From an uncultured Nitrososphaerota archaeon (GTDB lineage Archaea; Thermoproteota; Nitrososphaeria; Nitrososphaerales; CADDZS01), in contig CAWCYI010000006.1 in assembly GCA_963799845.1 (NCBI GenBank), forward strand, positions 256,001-320,000: a DNA stretch of 64,000 nt. The letters run 5' to 3'. The stretch's first letter is position 1, and every line of letters starts with the position of its first letter. Of the stretch, positions 50,256 to 58,610 are shown piece by piece. The position numbers and the translations under genes were made by a program. The notes beneath the pieces are model-generated. The model saw nothing but the letters and a program-made list of their open reading frames with translations. It was not told the origin of the DNA and made no database searches.

Positions 50256-50594
50256 TTGAATCTAAAAATCAACCCGGTAGGGCAAAGTTCAGTACAGATC
50301 CTGATAGAAAAAGAGGACTACAGCATCGCCGATATCGTTCACAAAGAACTGATGAATGTAAAACACGTAAAGTTTGCTGGCGTTGCCCCGCCACATCCCT
50401 TGATTAAGACGCTGACGATCGAGCTCAGTACCGACTCTAACAAACCGATAAAAGCTCTTGAGGAAGCTTTGAAACTTTCTCAGGAAAGGGTGGCTGAATT
50501 GCTGAAGCTTGCAAAGAAAATTTTTCCACAGGCTCCCGCTGGAAATGATGAGGTGCGCGGGAAAGTTGATTCGCCTTCTGAAGAGCTCTACTGA
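50256..50594 (+). CDS. rpoL: RNA polymerase subunit L (Rpo11)
   Basis: EDYSIxxxxxxEL, VKFAG...HPL. Confidence 0.88.
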   Translation: MNLKINPVGQSSVQILIEKEDYSIADIVHKELMNVKHVKFAGVAPPHPLIKTLTIELSTDSNKPIKALEEALKLSQERVAELLKLAKKIFPQAPAGNDEVRGKVDSPSEELY

Positions 50595-50721
50595 ATCCGT
50601 TGGGTTCCCTTCATCTACTACCGAACAAGGTTCATAAAACGCGGGCTCCCGACGTAATCTAAATTACAAAAAAAAGCCATATCGACTCACGGTTTTCTGA
50701 ATAATCTCTTTTCAAGAATAG

Positions 50722-51063
50722 TTGGTCTCCATGAAATTCTGTCCAAAGTGTGGTACCCGGTTGAAGTACAAACCTCAGAAAGATGGACCGGTTTTGCTCT
50801 GCGATAAATGTGGGTACTCGCAAGTTGCTGGACCTAACATAACAACTCCAGAGGAAGTGGATACGGATTCTTCGTCCACGATAAAGGTCTTGGGAGACAA
50901 AGAAGACAAGATCAAGACCATGCCGACCACCCAGGTCGAGTGTCCAAAGTGTGGTCACAATACGGCCTTCTGGTGGTTTTTGCAGACGAGGAGCGGTGAC
51001 GAACCGCCGACCCAGTTCTTCAGATGTGAAAAGTGCGCTCACACTTGGCGACAATATAGCTAG
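50722..51063 (+). CDS. tfs: Transcription factor S (TFS)
   Basis: MKFCPKCG, CPKCG...QTRSGDEPPTQFFRC with intact DE hairpin; start probably ATG 50731. Confidence 0.95.
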   Translation: MVSMKFCPKCGTRLKYKPQKDGPVLLCDKCGYSQVAGPNITTPEEVDTDSSSTIKVLGDKEDKIKTMPTTQVECPKCGHNTAFWWFLQTRSGDEPPTQFFRCEKCAHTWRQYS

Positions 51064-51123
51064 AAATCCGACGGAATAAACTATTTTTACTGAAATTGCA
51101 TCTTTCCGAAGTTAGACATAGAA

Positions 51124-51915
51124 TTGACGGAAGAATCAAGCAGAGCGACAGGTTTTCTTGCAAGAACTCAGTCTCCTAGCCAGTGGAAAGCAGTAACATC
51201 TGCTATCCAAACCCTCGTGGAAGAGGCAACTTTTGATGTTACTGCGGATGGAATCACTTTCAGGGCCATGGACCCTTCACATGTAGCGTTGATTGATCTG
51301 TTTTGGCCCAGCGCTGATTTCCAGAAATTTTCCTGCGATAAACCTGACAAATTTACTGTCCGAATGGATGACTTCGCCAAACTAATTCGGAGGGCGGAAG
51401 GCAAAGATTCGGTTGAGATATCGAGAGAAGGGTCAGAATCTCTGAGCGTCAAACTGAGCAATGGTTACAAACGCGAATTTGAACTTCACCTGATAGAGTC
51501 CAGCCAGAGCAACACTCCACTGCCCAAGCTGACGTACGATTCCAAGTTTGTGACGACGGAACCAGCCTTCGATCGCGTTCTGAATGATGTTTCTGCTGTT
51601 TCAAACCACATCTCGATAGAATCTGGGAAGGACAGGGTTCTATTTTCTGGAAAAGGTGACACCGGTAGGGCTTCCGTCGTGCTAGAAAAGGCCGAAGCTG
51701 GAAAAGGAGATCTCATTAATCTTTCATCAGAAAAGGAAAGCAAGTCGACGTACAGCATCGAGTATCTTCTGAAGATAACCAAGTCCGCGGGCGCAGCTTC
51801 CGACACCATCGATTTCGAGTATTCAAGCAAAATGCCGTTAAGGATGGATTTCAAACTTGGAGAGAATAGTAACGGATATATCCGTTTCTATTTGGCGCCG
51901 AGGGTTCAAGAGTAA
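51124..51915 (+). CDS. pcn: DNA polymerase sliding clamp PCNA
   Basis: AMDPSHVAL, YSIEYL and FYLAPR. Confidence 0.96.
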   Translation: MTEESSRATGFLARTQSPSQWKAVTSAIQTLVEEATFDVTADGITFRAMDPSHVALIDLFWPSADFQKFSCDKPDKFTVRMDDFAKLIRRAEGKDSVEISREGSESLSVKLSNGYKREFELHLIESSQSNTPLPKLTYDSKFVTTEPAFDRVLNDVSAVSNHISIESGKDRVLFSGKGDTGRASVVLEKAEAGKGDLINLSSEKESKSTYSIEYLLKITKSAGAASDTIDFEYSSKMPLRMDFKLGENSNGYIRFYLAPRVQE

Positions 51916-51940
51916 TTCAGTTCGGTCGCTACATCAACAG

Positions 51941-52096
51941 TAGCGGGGGGTGGACTCTCAGTAAAGCAGAGATCAACTGCTATTATTTTTGAACCACCGC
52001 TCTGCGGGTATCTCATGACAATACCTCTTTCCTTTTCGAAAAAAGAACAGGTCACATTATGAGCCCGCCGGGATAACCTGGCTTCCCCACCCCGCT
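51941..52096 (-). tRNA. Initiator tRNA-Met(CAT) with two BHB introns (52057-52010 at 37/38; 51987-51955 at 59/60)
   Basis: A1-U72 acceptor AGCGGGG/CCCCGCT, anticodon stem GCGGG/CCCGC, loop CTCATAA and T-arm GGTGG-TTCAAAT-CCACC after splicing; CCA not encoded. Confidence 0.93.
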
Positions 52097-52125
52097 AGGT
52101 TGTGTCTTTTTTTCTTCCAGAATTC

Positions 52126-52134
52126 CGTATTAAA
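52126..52134 (-). promoter_or_regulatory. TATA box of tRNA-iMet
   Basis: Minus-strand TTTAATAC about 30-37 nt upstream of tRNA position 1. Confidence 0.55.
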
Positions 52135-52194
52135 GCTTGACTGGGCTAGAGGAAACCGATTCGGTTCCAAAATGCTAAATCGGATTGAGAGACG

Positions 52195-53076
52195 TTGAAC
52201 ATCCTGTTTGGCGTGTCAAGTCAAGAATTACTTCACCCGGTGGGAATTCACGTTTCTATTTCGGGCAAGCTCGACTTTTCCGTAGATAGGGCAATTGTAC
52301 TGGGCTGCTCTCGAACATTTCAGATCTTTACCTGTAGTCCTCGTAGGTGGGATGCATCTCCCTTGGACGGGAATGAAGTCTCAGCGTATCGCAAGAAAAT
52401 CTCGGAATCCAAATTCAAGGTGCATGCTCATATGCCCTATCTCCCAAATCTGTCATCCCCTGAGGATGAATTTTATTCAAAATCGGTTCGAGTCCTGATC
52501 AGAGAAATTAGAAGATGCGGAGAACTGGGTGTTGAGAACTTGGTTCTTCACTTTGGCAGCCACTTGAAAACTTCGATTGAAGCAGGGGCAGAAAGGATAG
52601 TCGCTGCATGCAAGAATTCCATCGATGAAACAGAAGGCGTAGAGGTTCGTCTCCTGCTGGAGAATTCTGCCGATCCCAACAGCGTCGGTTCAAATTTCGA
52701 TACTATAGGCAGAGTGCTGGAAGGAATACGGAACAATAAGAGAATGGGTGTATGTCTCGACACGTGTCACGCTTTTGCGTCTGGTTACGATCTTTCTGCG
52801 CCGTCCGGTGTCAAAAAGTCGCTAGAGCTATTCGATTCTTCTATCGGGCTCGCAAATCTTTTCCTCATCCACCTGAACGATTCCAAAGGAAAGATCGGTT
52901 CAGGTCTAGATCGCCACGAAAGTATCGGCAAGGGAAACATTGGTGTCGCAGGTATGACGGCAATTCTGAGATCGGAAAAACTAGATCATTTGCCCTTTGT
53001 TTTGGAAACTCCCCGAGACTACGAGGGCGAGGACAAGGAGAATATCGAAACGACCAAACGGTTGATGCGCAACTAG
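52195..53076 (+). CDS. nfo: Endonuclease IV (AP endonuclease family 2)
   Basis: GIHVS, HMPYLPNL, LENSA, CLDTCHAFASGYD, HLNDSK, DRHE and LETP. Confidence 0.95.
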   Translation: MNILFGVSSQELLHPVGIHVSISGKLDFSVDRAIVLGCSRTFQIFTCSPRRWDASPLDGNEVSAYRKKISESKFKVHAHMPYLPNLSSPEDEFYSKSVRVLIREIRRCGELGVENLVLHFGSHLKTSIEAGAERIVAACKNSIDETEGVEVRLLLENSADPNSVGSNFDTIGRVLEGIRNNKRMGVCLDTCHAFASGYDLSAPSGVKKSLELFDSSIGLANLFLIHLNDSKGKIGSGLDRHESIGKGNIGVAGMTAILRSEKLDHLPFVLETPRDYEGEDKENIETTKRLMRN

Positions 53077-53828
53077 ACTTGAGCCCGGATGTAGTCCTGC
53101 CCGTCTCGAAAGGCGATCAATTTCGCAGCTCTCTGGTCCCGAGTTCCAGTCATGTAGGATTTGCTCCTTTTCCTAGACAAAGATGAAGTGCCGCTTTCGT
53201 TCACAAGTTGCAACCGAATTTCATCGTGATACCTCGAATCGAGAATTTGGGCGATTTTCTTTGCCAAGTGAATATTTCCGGAACCAATCTTGACTATTTT
53301 CTGAATATCAGGAGCATTATCTATAAGGGCAGAGACTCGTGCAATTGTTTCGTCGAGAGAGTGGACAACGCTGCTCTCGACCTCCCGATGATTTATGAAA
53401 GCGGCGACGCCAGTTCTCTTCCCTGGGTCTACTCCTATGATGAACCAGTCATGGGGCTTTGCAGGGTAGAGAAAAGATAGAATTTTCGCTCTTGCAATTC
53501 CCACATCGTCTCCAAGGTCCTCGACGCAAATTATGGAGGGGCCGAAGAATTGAAGACGCTCTCGCCTCGTTGTGATTATTACCTTGATATTTCTCTCAAG
53601 ATAAGGCACTGCGTTGTCTGATCCATCATTGCGAATCTGCGGATGTCTTGGCAAGACATCTGCGAAAGGAAACCCGAGCCTCTTGAGAAGGGAGGCAATT
53701 AGAAAATATGCCTTGCCATTAGAAGTTGACACTCCAACTTCGGGGCCGGAATCAAAGATTTCTCCTATTCTTCCCACCCAACAGGCGATAGAAAATTTGG
53801 CGAGATTCAAACTTTTAAGAGTTGACAT
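53073..53828 (-). CDS. YqgF/RuvX-like RNase H-fold protein with N-terminal extension; start uncertain
   Basis: IGVDPGKRTGVA, VNESGTS and RDQRAAKLIA. Confidence 0.7.
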   Translation of the reverse strand: MSTLKSLNLAKFSIACWVGRIGEIFDSGPEVGVSTSNGKAYFLIASLLKRLGFPFADVLPRHPQIRNDGSDNAVPYLERNIKVIITTRRERLQFFGPSIICVEDLGDDVGIARAKILSFLYPAKPHDWFIIGVDPGKRTGVAAFINHREVESSVVHSLDETIARVSALIDNAPDIQKIVKIGSGNIHLAKKIAQILDSRYHDEIRLQLVNESGTSSLSRKRSKSYMTGTRDQRAAKLIAFRDGQDYIRAQV

Positions 53829-53987
53829 TATTCTCTAGGAATGTCTGTCCTGAACTTCTCAATCCTAGGATAGGATATCGGACAAGGGATAATACTGTCA
53901 ACCATAGATAAATTACTAGGAGAAATCATTTCAAAGACTCAAACAATAACCCTAGCTTTCGAAGATCCAAAAATAAAACCGGCGTTA

Positions 53988-54560
53988 ATGAAGCGCCTCG
54001 TTGAGGTCTTTCTTACCGTCGCCGAAGTAGTGTATATCGACTATGATCTTCAATTTTCTTCTACCCTGCAAAATATTGGTGAAATTGATTATGGCAGAGC
54101 GTTTGGAAATAACCTACAGGTAATGCAACCCTCAGATGATGCTCTGGATTTTGTAAGTAGTATCGCATCAGTAAAAATGCGATTAGGAGGAATAATGATA
54201 CTCGATTCACTGAACTCACTTCAGAATGTCATAGCTGGAAATTTCTCAGAAGGTGAAACTAAAATTGCAAATCAGAGGTCTGCCCTCGTGATTACCATAC
54301 TACAACAGTTATCTCGATTTTATTCAAAATCTCTCATTGTAGTGAACGTTGCCAAGGCTCGACATAGAGTCGGAAAAGATCATTCTACATTTTGGGAGAA
54401 ATCTCTTGTCGGAGGTAGAATGATCAAATTCAAGAGCGATCTGATTCTCTTAGCAAAGGAGACTCAGAACAATCTTCCTAACATAGAAATTAGAGCGGAA
54501 GCATTGGGGCCTCAACTAGAACAGAAGAGTAGAGAAGAAGCGTATCTATTGAGTTTCTAG
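53988..54560 (+). CDS. Degenerate RecA/RadB-like protein (frame is open upstream to ~53895)
   Basis: Upstream in-frame LSTIDKLLGE, VYIDxDxxFS, Walker B ILDSLNSL and GGRMIKFKSDLIL; no Walker A. Confidence 0.55.
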   Translation: MKRLVEVFLTVAEVVYIDYDLQFSSTLQNIGEIDYGRAFGNNLQVMQPSDDALDFVSSIASVKMRLGGIMILDSLNSLQNVIAGNFSEGETKIANQRSALVITILQQLSRFYSKSLIVVNVAKARHRVGKDHSTFWEKSLVGGRMIKFKSDLILLAKETQNNLPNIEIRAEALGPQLEQKSREEAYLLSF

Positions 54561-54586
54561 CCTGGATCTAATGAAACCAGATGGAG

Positions 54587-55009
54587 CTACTTTACCGAGA
54601 GAATGTAGTAGCCTACGGTCATTGAGACAGCAATCAGTACGATTCCACCCACAAAGAACATTTCGGCCGAACGCGCCCTTATTGTCTGTCGACCACTAAG
54701 ATACAAGGCGTAAGCTCCTAGAGACCCAACAATATAGCTGAACATTATGATTATGGTTTCGGTGACATTTTGTGCGTTGGGATTCGCGACTATCGGATTC
54801 AGATTTATTCCCGCTTGACCTGCGTTGCCGATGGCGTTAATGACCCCGGCGACCAGCAGATACAGGGCAAGTAAATACAACCACTCTATTCCTCGGGTTC
54901 TCAAAGAGGTTGTAGAGCCGGGGTTGGAAAGCCTTCGGCCAATACTAGTTTGTGTCACTCGCGAAGTTAACTTTGATGTAGCGGTCTGTACTCTTTTCTT
55001 AATCCCCAT
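54587..55009 (-). CDS. 3-TM membrane protein resembling OSTC/DC2 (OST3/OST6 C-terminal family)
   Basis: LYLLVAGVINAI...QNVTETIIIMFSYIVGSLGAYAL...FVGGIVLIAVS...YILSVK. Confidence 0.6.
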   Translation of the reverse strand: MGIKKRVQTATSKLTSRVTQTSIGRRLSNPGSTTSLRTRGIEWLYLLALYLLVAGVINAIGNAGQAGINLNPIVANPNAQNVTETIIIMFSYIVGSLGAYALYLSGRQTIRARSAEMFFVGGIVLIAVSMTVGYYILSVK

Positions 55010-55043
55010 GATATTCGAACCTGTTTTTGCGAGCAGATGTAGT

Positions 55044-55274
55044 CTAACGGATTCGCCTTAATCGCAATTCTTCTCTTGCGACTTCCTTAGCAAAGTCTCC
55101 GGTTTCATTAAGCCGAATTATTGTCTCTAAATACCTTTCCCAGCTCATGTTTTCGAAGGCAGATCTCCAATCAGGATAGCTAGCCTCGATCTCAGAGAAT
55201 GCTCTATAGTGGTAACTGCAATATGTCTTGTCTAAGATTTTAGTTCTCTTGCACAAACTACAGTTCCCGTTCAA
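55044..55274 (-). CDS. Small CxxC...CxxH protein downstream of topA
   Basis: From TTG 55274: NCSLCKR...YCSYH...W..AF..MSWERYL....ETG..AKEV. Confidence 0.65.
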   Translation of the reverse strand: MNGNCSLCKRTKILDKTYCSYHYRAFSEIEASYPDWRSAFENMSWERYLETIIRLNETGDFAKEVAREELRLRRIR

Positions 55275-55282
55275 TCGAAATC

Positions 55283-57386
55283 TCACCTCGATCTCGATCG
55301 GCAGAAAAAGTTGGAGCACAAGATGATCGCTCGAGTATTATTTTCAGACGCCGAAATCATTGGCCATAAGCAGACTGAACAAGCGTCACCTGTGGGGGTT
55401 ATTTTCCCTCTCGGAAAAGCAGGTGATGAAGCATTACAACCACTCGCGAAGTTCGTGCATTTGATAAATCTCTTGCCTGTCTTTGACGAGGTGTTTAGAA
55501 TAAGCCTTCCTAATTTGCATTGAGGGCAAATGCTCAATTGTATTCTTTCCTCACCCGGAGACCTACCGTTTGATTTGAGATTTTTCAACCGAATCTCGGA
55601 CTTCTGTAGACTACCTAACGCGTTCCTAAGAGAGACAAGCATATCTTCGACGAAACTTAATTCATCCCCCTTTGACGAACGTATGAGATCTAGTTTTTTC
55701 TCCAATTCTCTAGTCATCTGAACCGAGATTATTTCAGGGCATTTGTCTCTCAAGACCTCGATTAAATTGATTGCAGTCTCGGTGGGAACTAATTCCCTTT
55801 TGGATTTTGTCAAGTATTTCCTGTCGATTAGGACTGCAATCGTCTCTGCCCTTGTCGCCTTTGTCCCGATCTCTTCTTCCTCCATCTTCGACAATAAAGA
55901 GCCCTCAGTGAATCTGTCCGGATTTTGATCATAATGTTCGTTCAACAAGGCAGATTCTGCCTTGACTTTTTCGCCTTCGGAGAGGGAAATATCCAAAGAC
56001 GCAGTTGAGTTCAATCCGAAGGGATAGTATTCGGTCCATCCTGGCTCCAGTAAACGAGCGCCTATCGTCTCGAAATCAAATGAAGAGATGTCGAAGATCA
56101 GTCTCAATCTTTCCTGAGTCGCATTAGGAGAAAATGCATTACAGAATCTTCTGACAATAAGATCGAATACTTTTGACTTATTACCCGTGAGCACCTGTTT
56201 CGGACTCTCTCCGGTTGGAAATATGGCGGGGTGAGCCGGATCGTCGTCAGGTCCCTCCCATGGAGAAGGTCGCATCTTAGGATCTGATTGCAGTTTCGAT
56301 ATCAACGGTGCATAATTTTTCAGCAATGACAACTTTTGAAAGATTCTTGAGAATCCGATTCTTTCTGGTAACTTTTGGCTGTCTGTGCGAGGATAAGAAG
56401 TCAAGGCGTCCTGGTACAATTTTTGAGCGATCGAAAGTGTGAGTTTCGGCGAGAGACCAAATAATCTAAACGATTCCCTCTGCAACTCTCCCAGGTCGAA
56501 CGGGTACCTAGGAGGAATCGACGCCAGTTTTTTCTCAATTTTCTTTACATTCGCAAACCCCGTGGAGGCTACCGCATCATAGACTTCCTTCGCCTTCTTG
56601 AAGCCACGGATTGGAGAATCTAGAAATCTTGAACTAAATTTGATTCCCGCTTTACTAAGCACGCAAGTAACTGACCAAGAAGGTCGAGGAACGTGTGTTA
56701 ATTTCTCAATTTCTCGTTCTACTACGAACGAAAGAGTAGGACCCTGCACCCGTCCTATTGTTAGATTTCTGAGTGAGCTCGAACCTGAGCGCTCAGAGGC
56801 GACAGTCACGGCTCTGGAGAGATTTACTCCCCACAAAAAGTCTGCAAGATGCCTCATTCGCCCCGCCTTAGCAAGATTTGGTTCGGTTGGAAGTAAAGTT
56901 GAAAAAGAATTGCGGATTTCATCCGAGGTTAAAGTCGAGAATTTTGCTCGCCAGAGTGTATTTTCGTGCCCGTGACAGGCATATTCTAGTATGTTGAAAC
57001 CGATTGTTTCGCCTTCTAGATCAAAGTCGCAAGCGTTCACGATCTTCGATGCGCCAGCGGCGCCGCTAGAAATGGCTCTAATCCTTCTTTCAATCAAAAA
57101 TCTAATTCTTGAATACTTTCTGAAAGAGTCTTTGCCTAAGGTATTTCGCGGAAACCAATCAATGTCAAGTGAAGGAAAAATCTCGCGTTTTCCCTGGGAG
57201 TCTATTCAGCTCGTAGAGATGGCCAAAAGCTGAGCAAATAACGTAATGTCTGCCATCGAAGGCTTTGGGGATGTCGATAATCTCATCACTACTGTCGAAC
57301 GTTCCGTCCACGTCTGAGATGGCATGGGCTATTTTTCTCGCTGCATCGGGTTTCTCAGCGATCACGAAAATCCTTTCATCCTTCAT
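55283..57386 (-). CDS. topA: DNA topoisomerase IA (apparent frameshift at 57207; 700 aa joined)
   Basis: IAEKPDAA, GHLYEL, ACDFDLEGE, GRVQGPTL, catalytic SYPRT, AHPAI, IGTKATR and C-terminal zinc ribbons. Confidence 0.95.
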
Positions 57387-57529
57387 TTGTTGATTGAGAT
57401 CTCCAAGATTCTGTCACTAAGATTTCAAGGAAATTTTCAATGTAAAAGATTATGACCCCGAGCTGAACGATCCGAAAACGTCTACCTTAAATCGACGAGA
57501 AATGTCCAGCGGGCGGAGTTTCAATTCAA

Positions 57530-57691
57530 ATGCCACTCGAAATTGTTTGCGGTGGATGCGGCGAAGTTCTATACTCGGGTTTCGATCTGAGGTCTCCAAA
57601 AGATGTCATAAGGACAAACGAAAACAGGTGCCGTGGTTGTGGAAAAAATCTATCTCCGTCGGATTTTACAATCGAAGTTGCGAAAGTGTGA
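57530..57691 (+). CDS. Small zinc-ribbon protein (53 aa), absent from ORF track
   Basis: Hand translation: MPLEIVCGGCGEVLYSGFDLRSPKDVIRTNENRCRGCGKNLSPSDFTIEVAKV*; TTAAAT box at ~57487. Confidence 0.8.
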   Translation: MPLEIVCGGCGEVLYSGFDLRSPKDVIRTNENRCRGCGKNLSPSDFTIEVAKV

Positions 57692-57692
57692 A

Positions 57693-58550
57693 CTAGACTG
57701 AAGGATTATTGGAATTTTTCAGACTTCGAAGAATTAGGCATTGATCTGGCGATATCGTCGTCTTCTCTTCGAATTCATTTCTCGGCTTCTCAAAAGCTTC
57801 CCGGAATCCTCGAATGAGCACAACTGGGCTCGCCTCATTCGCTTCACCCATCACCAGCTGAGCCGCTGTAGCCAATTGGTCAGCCGTGGCTCTAAGGGTG
57901 ACCTTCAGACTATTACCGCAGAGGTCAGATTTGCCTCTCATATCGATCGTGGGTCTTATACCGGAGTATGAGACCGCGACCCCCACGGTTCCCAGCCGGG
58001 TGGGAGTTACCCTGCTATCAGATAATACAATTCCCAAGTTTTTAACCGAAGATCGCCCACCGCGGAGATATGCCAGTTTAATCAAATTGTTTCGAAGAGA
58101 TCTTGCCGTCTCGTAAGGATTCTTTGGGTACGAAACGACGCATCCATCGGGAACATTGCTCTTGTCTATTCCAGCATTCGGCGCTAGTGTATCATTGACC
58201 AAAGTTAGCACGAATCCCGGGATGCCGCCGAAAATCACATCAGATTCATCGATTACCAATTGGGCTAGCGAAGGCTCCAAGCTGTATTTTTCTGCCAGTG
58301 CCCTTGCTTCTTCACTCGTAACAATCTTCGAAAGTTCGATCATCCGACCCTCTGATATCGCTGCGTATTTGCTTGATACGACGTATATGTCGCCGTCCTC
58401 TAACGCGAGATTATTCATGTCGAGGGAGTTCCATATTTCTTGACCAAGATCAAATGTCCCGAAGCGAACCTTTGCGCTCAACGGGATGATGTTAAGCGTC
58501 GGATTTTTGAACAACGAGAAAAGAAGCCGGGTTTTTGACCTATTCAACAT
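57693..58550 (-). CDS. cofE: Coenzyme F420-0:L-glutamate ligase
   Basis: VVSSKxxAISEG, NAGIDxSN, DSRxxPxRxGxxGVA, DxRGxxDLxG and MGEANE. Confidence 0.92.
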   Translation of the reverse strand: MLNRSKTRLLFSLFKNPTLNIIPLSAKVRFGTFDLGQEIWNSLDMNNLALEDGDIYVVSSKYAAISEGRMIELSKIVTSEEARALAEKYSLEPSLAQLVIDESDVIFGGIPGFVLTLVNDTLAPNAGIDKSNVPDGCVVSYPKNPYETARSLRNNLIKLAYLRGGRSSVKNLGIVLSDSRVTPTRLGTVGVAVSYSGIRPTIDMRGKSDLCGNSLKVTLRATADQLATAAQLVMGEANEASPVVLIRGFREAFEKPRNEFEEKTTISPDQCLILRSLKNSNNPSV

Positions 58551-58610
58551 GTCGTATCATCTGATTGATAAAACGAATTAAGTAGGCACGAGAATTGTAT
58601 TTTCAGTAAC

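Noticed and set aside
57502-57696. 64-aa ORF from the track
   Set aside because: The overlapping frame 57530-57691 encodes a convincing CxxC/CxxC protein
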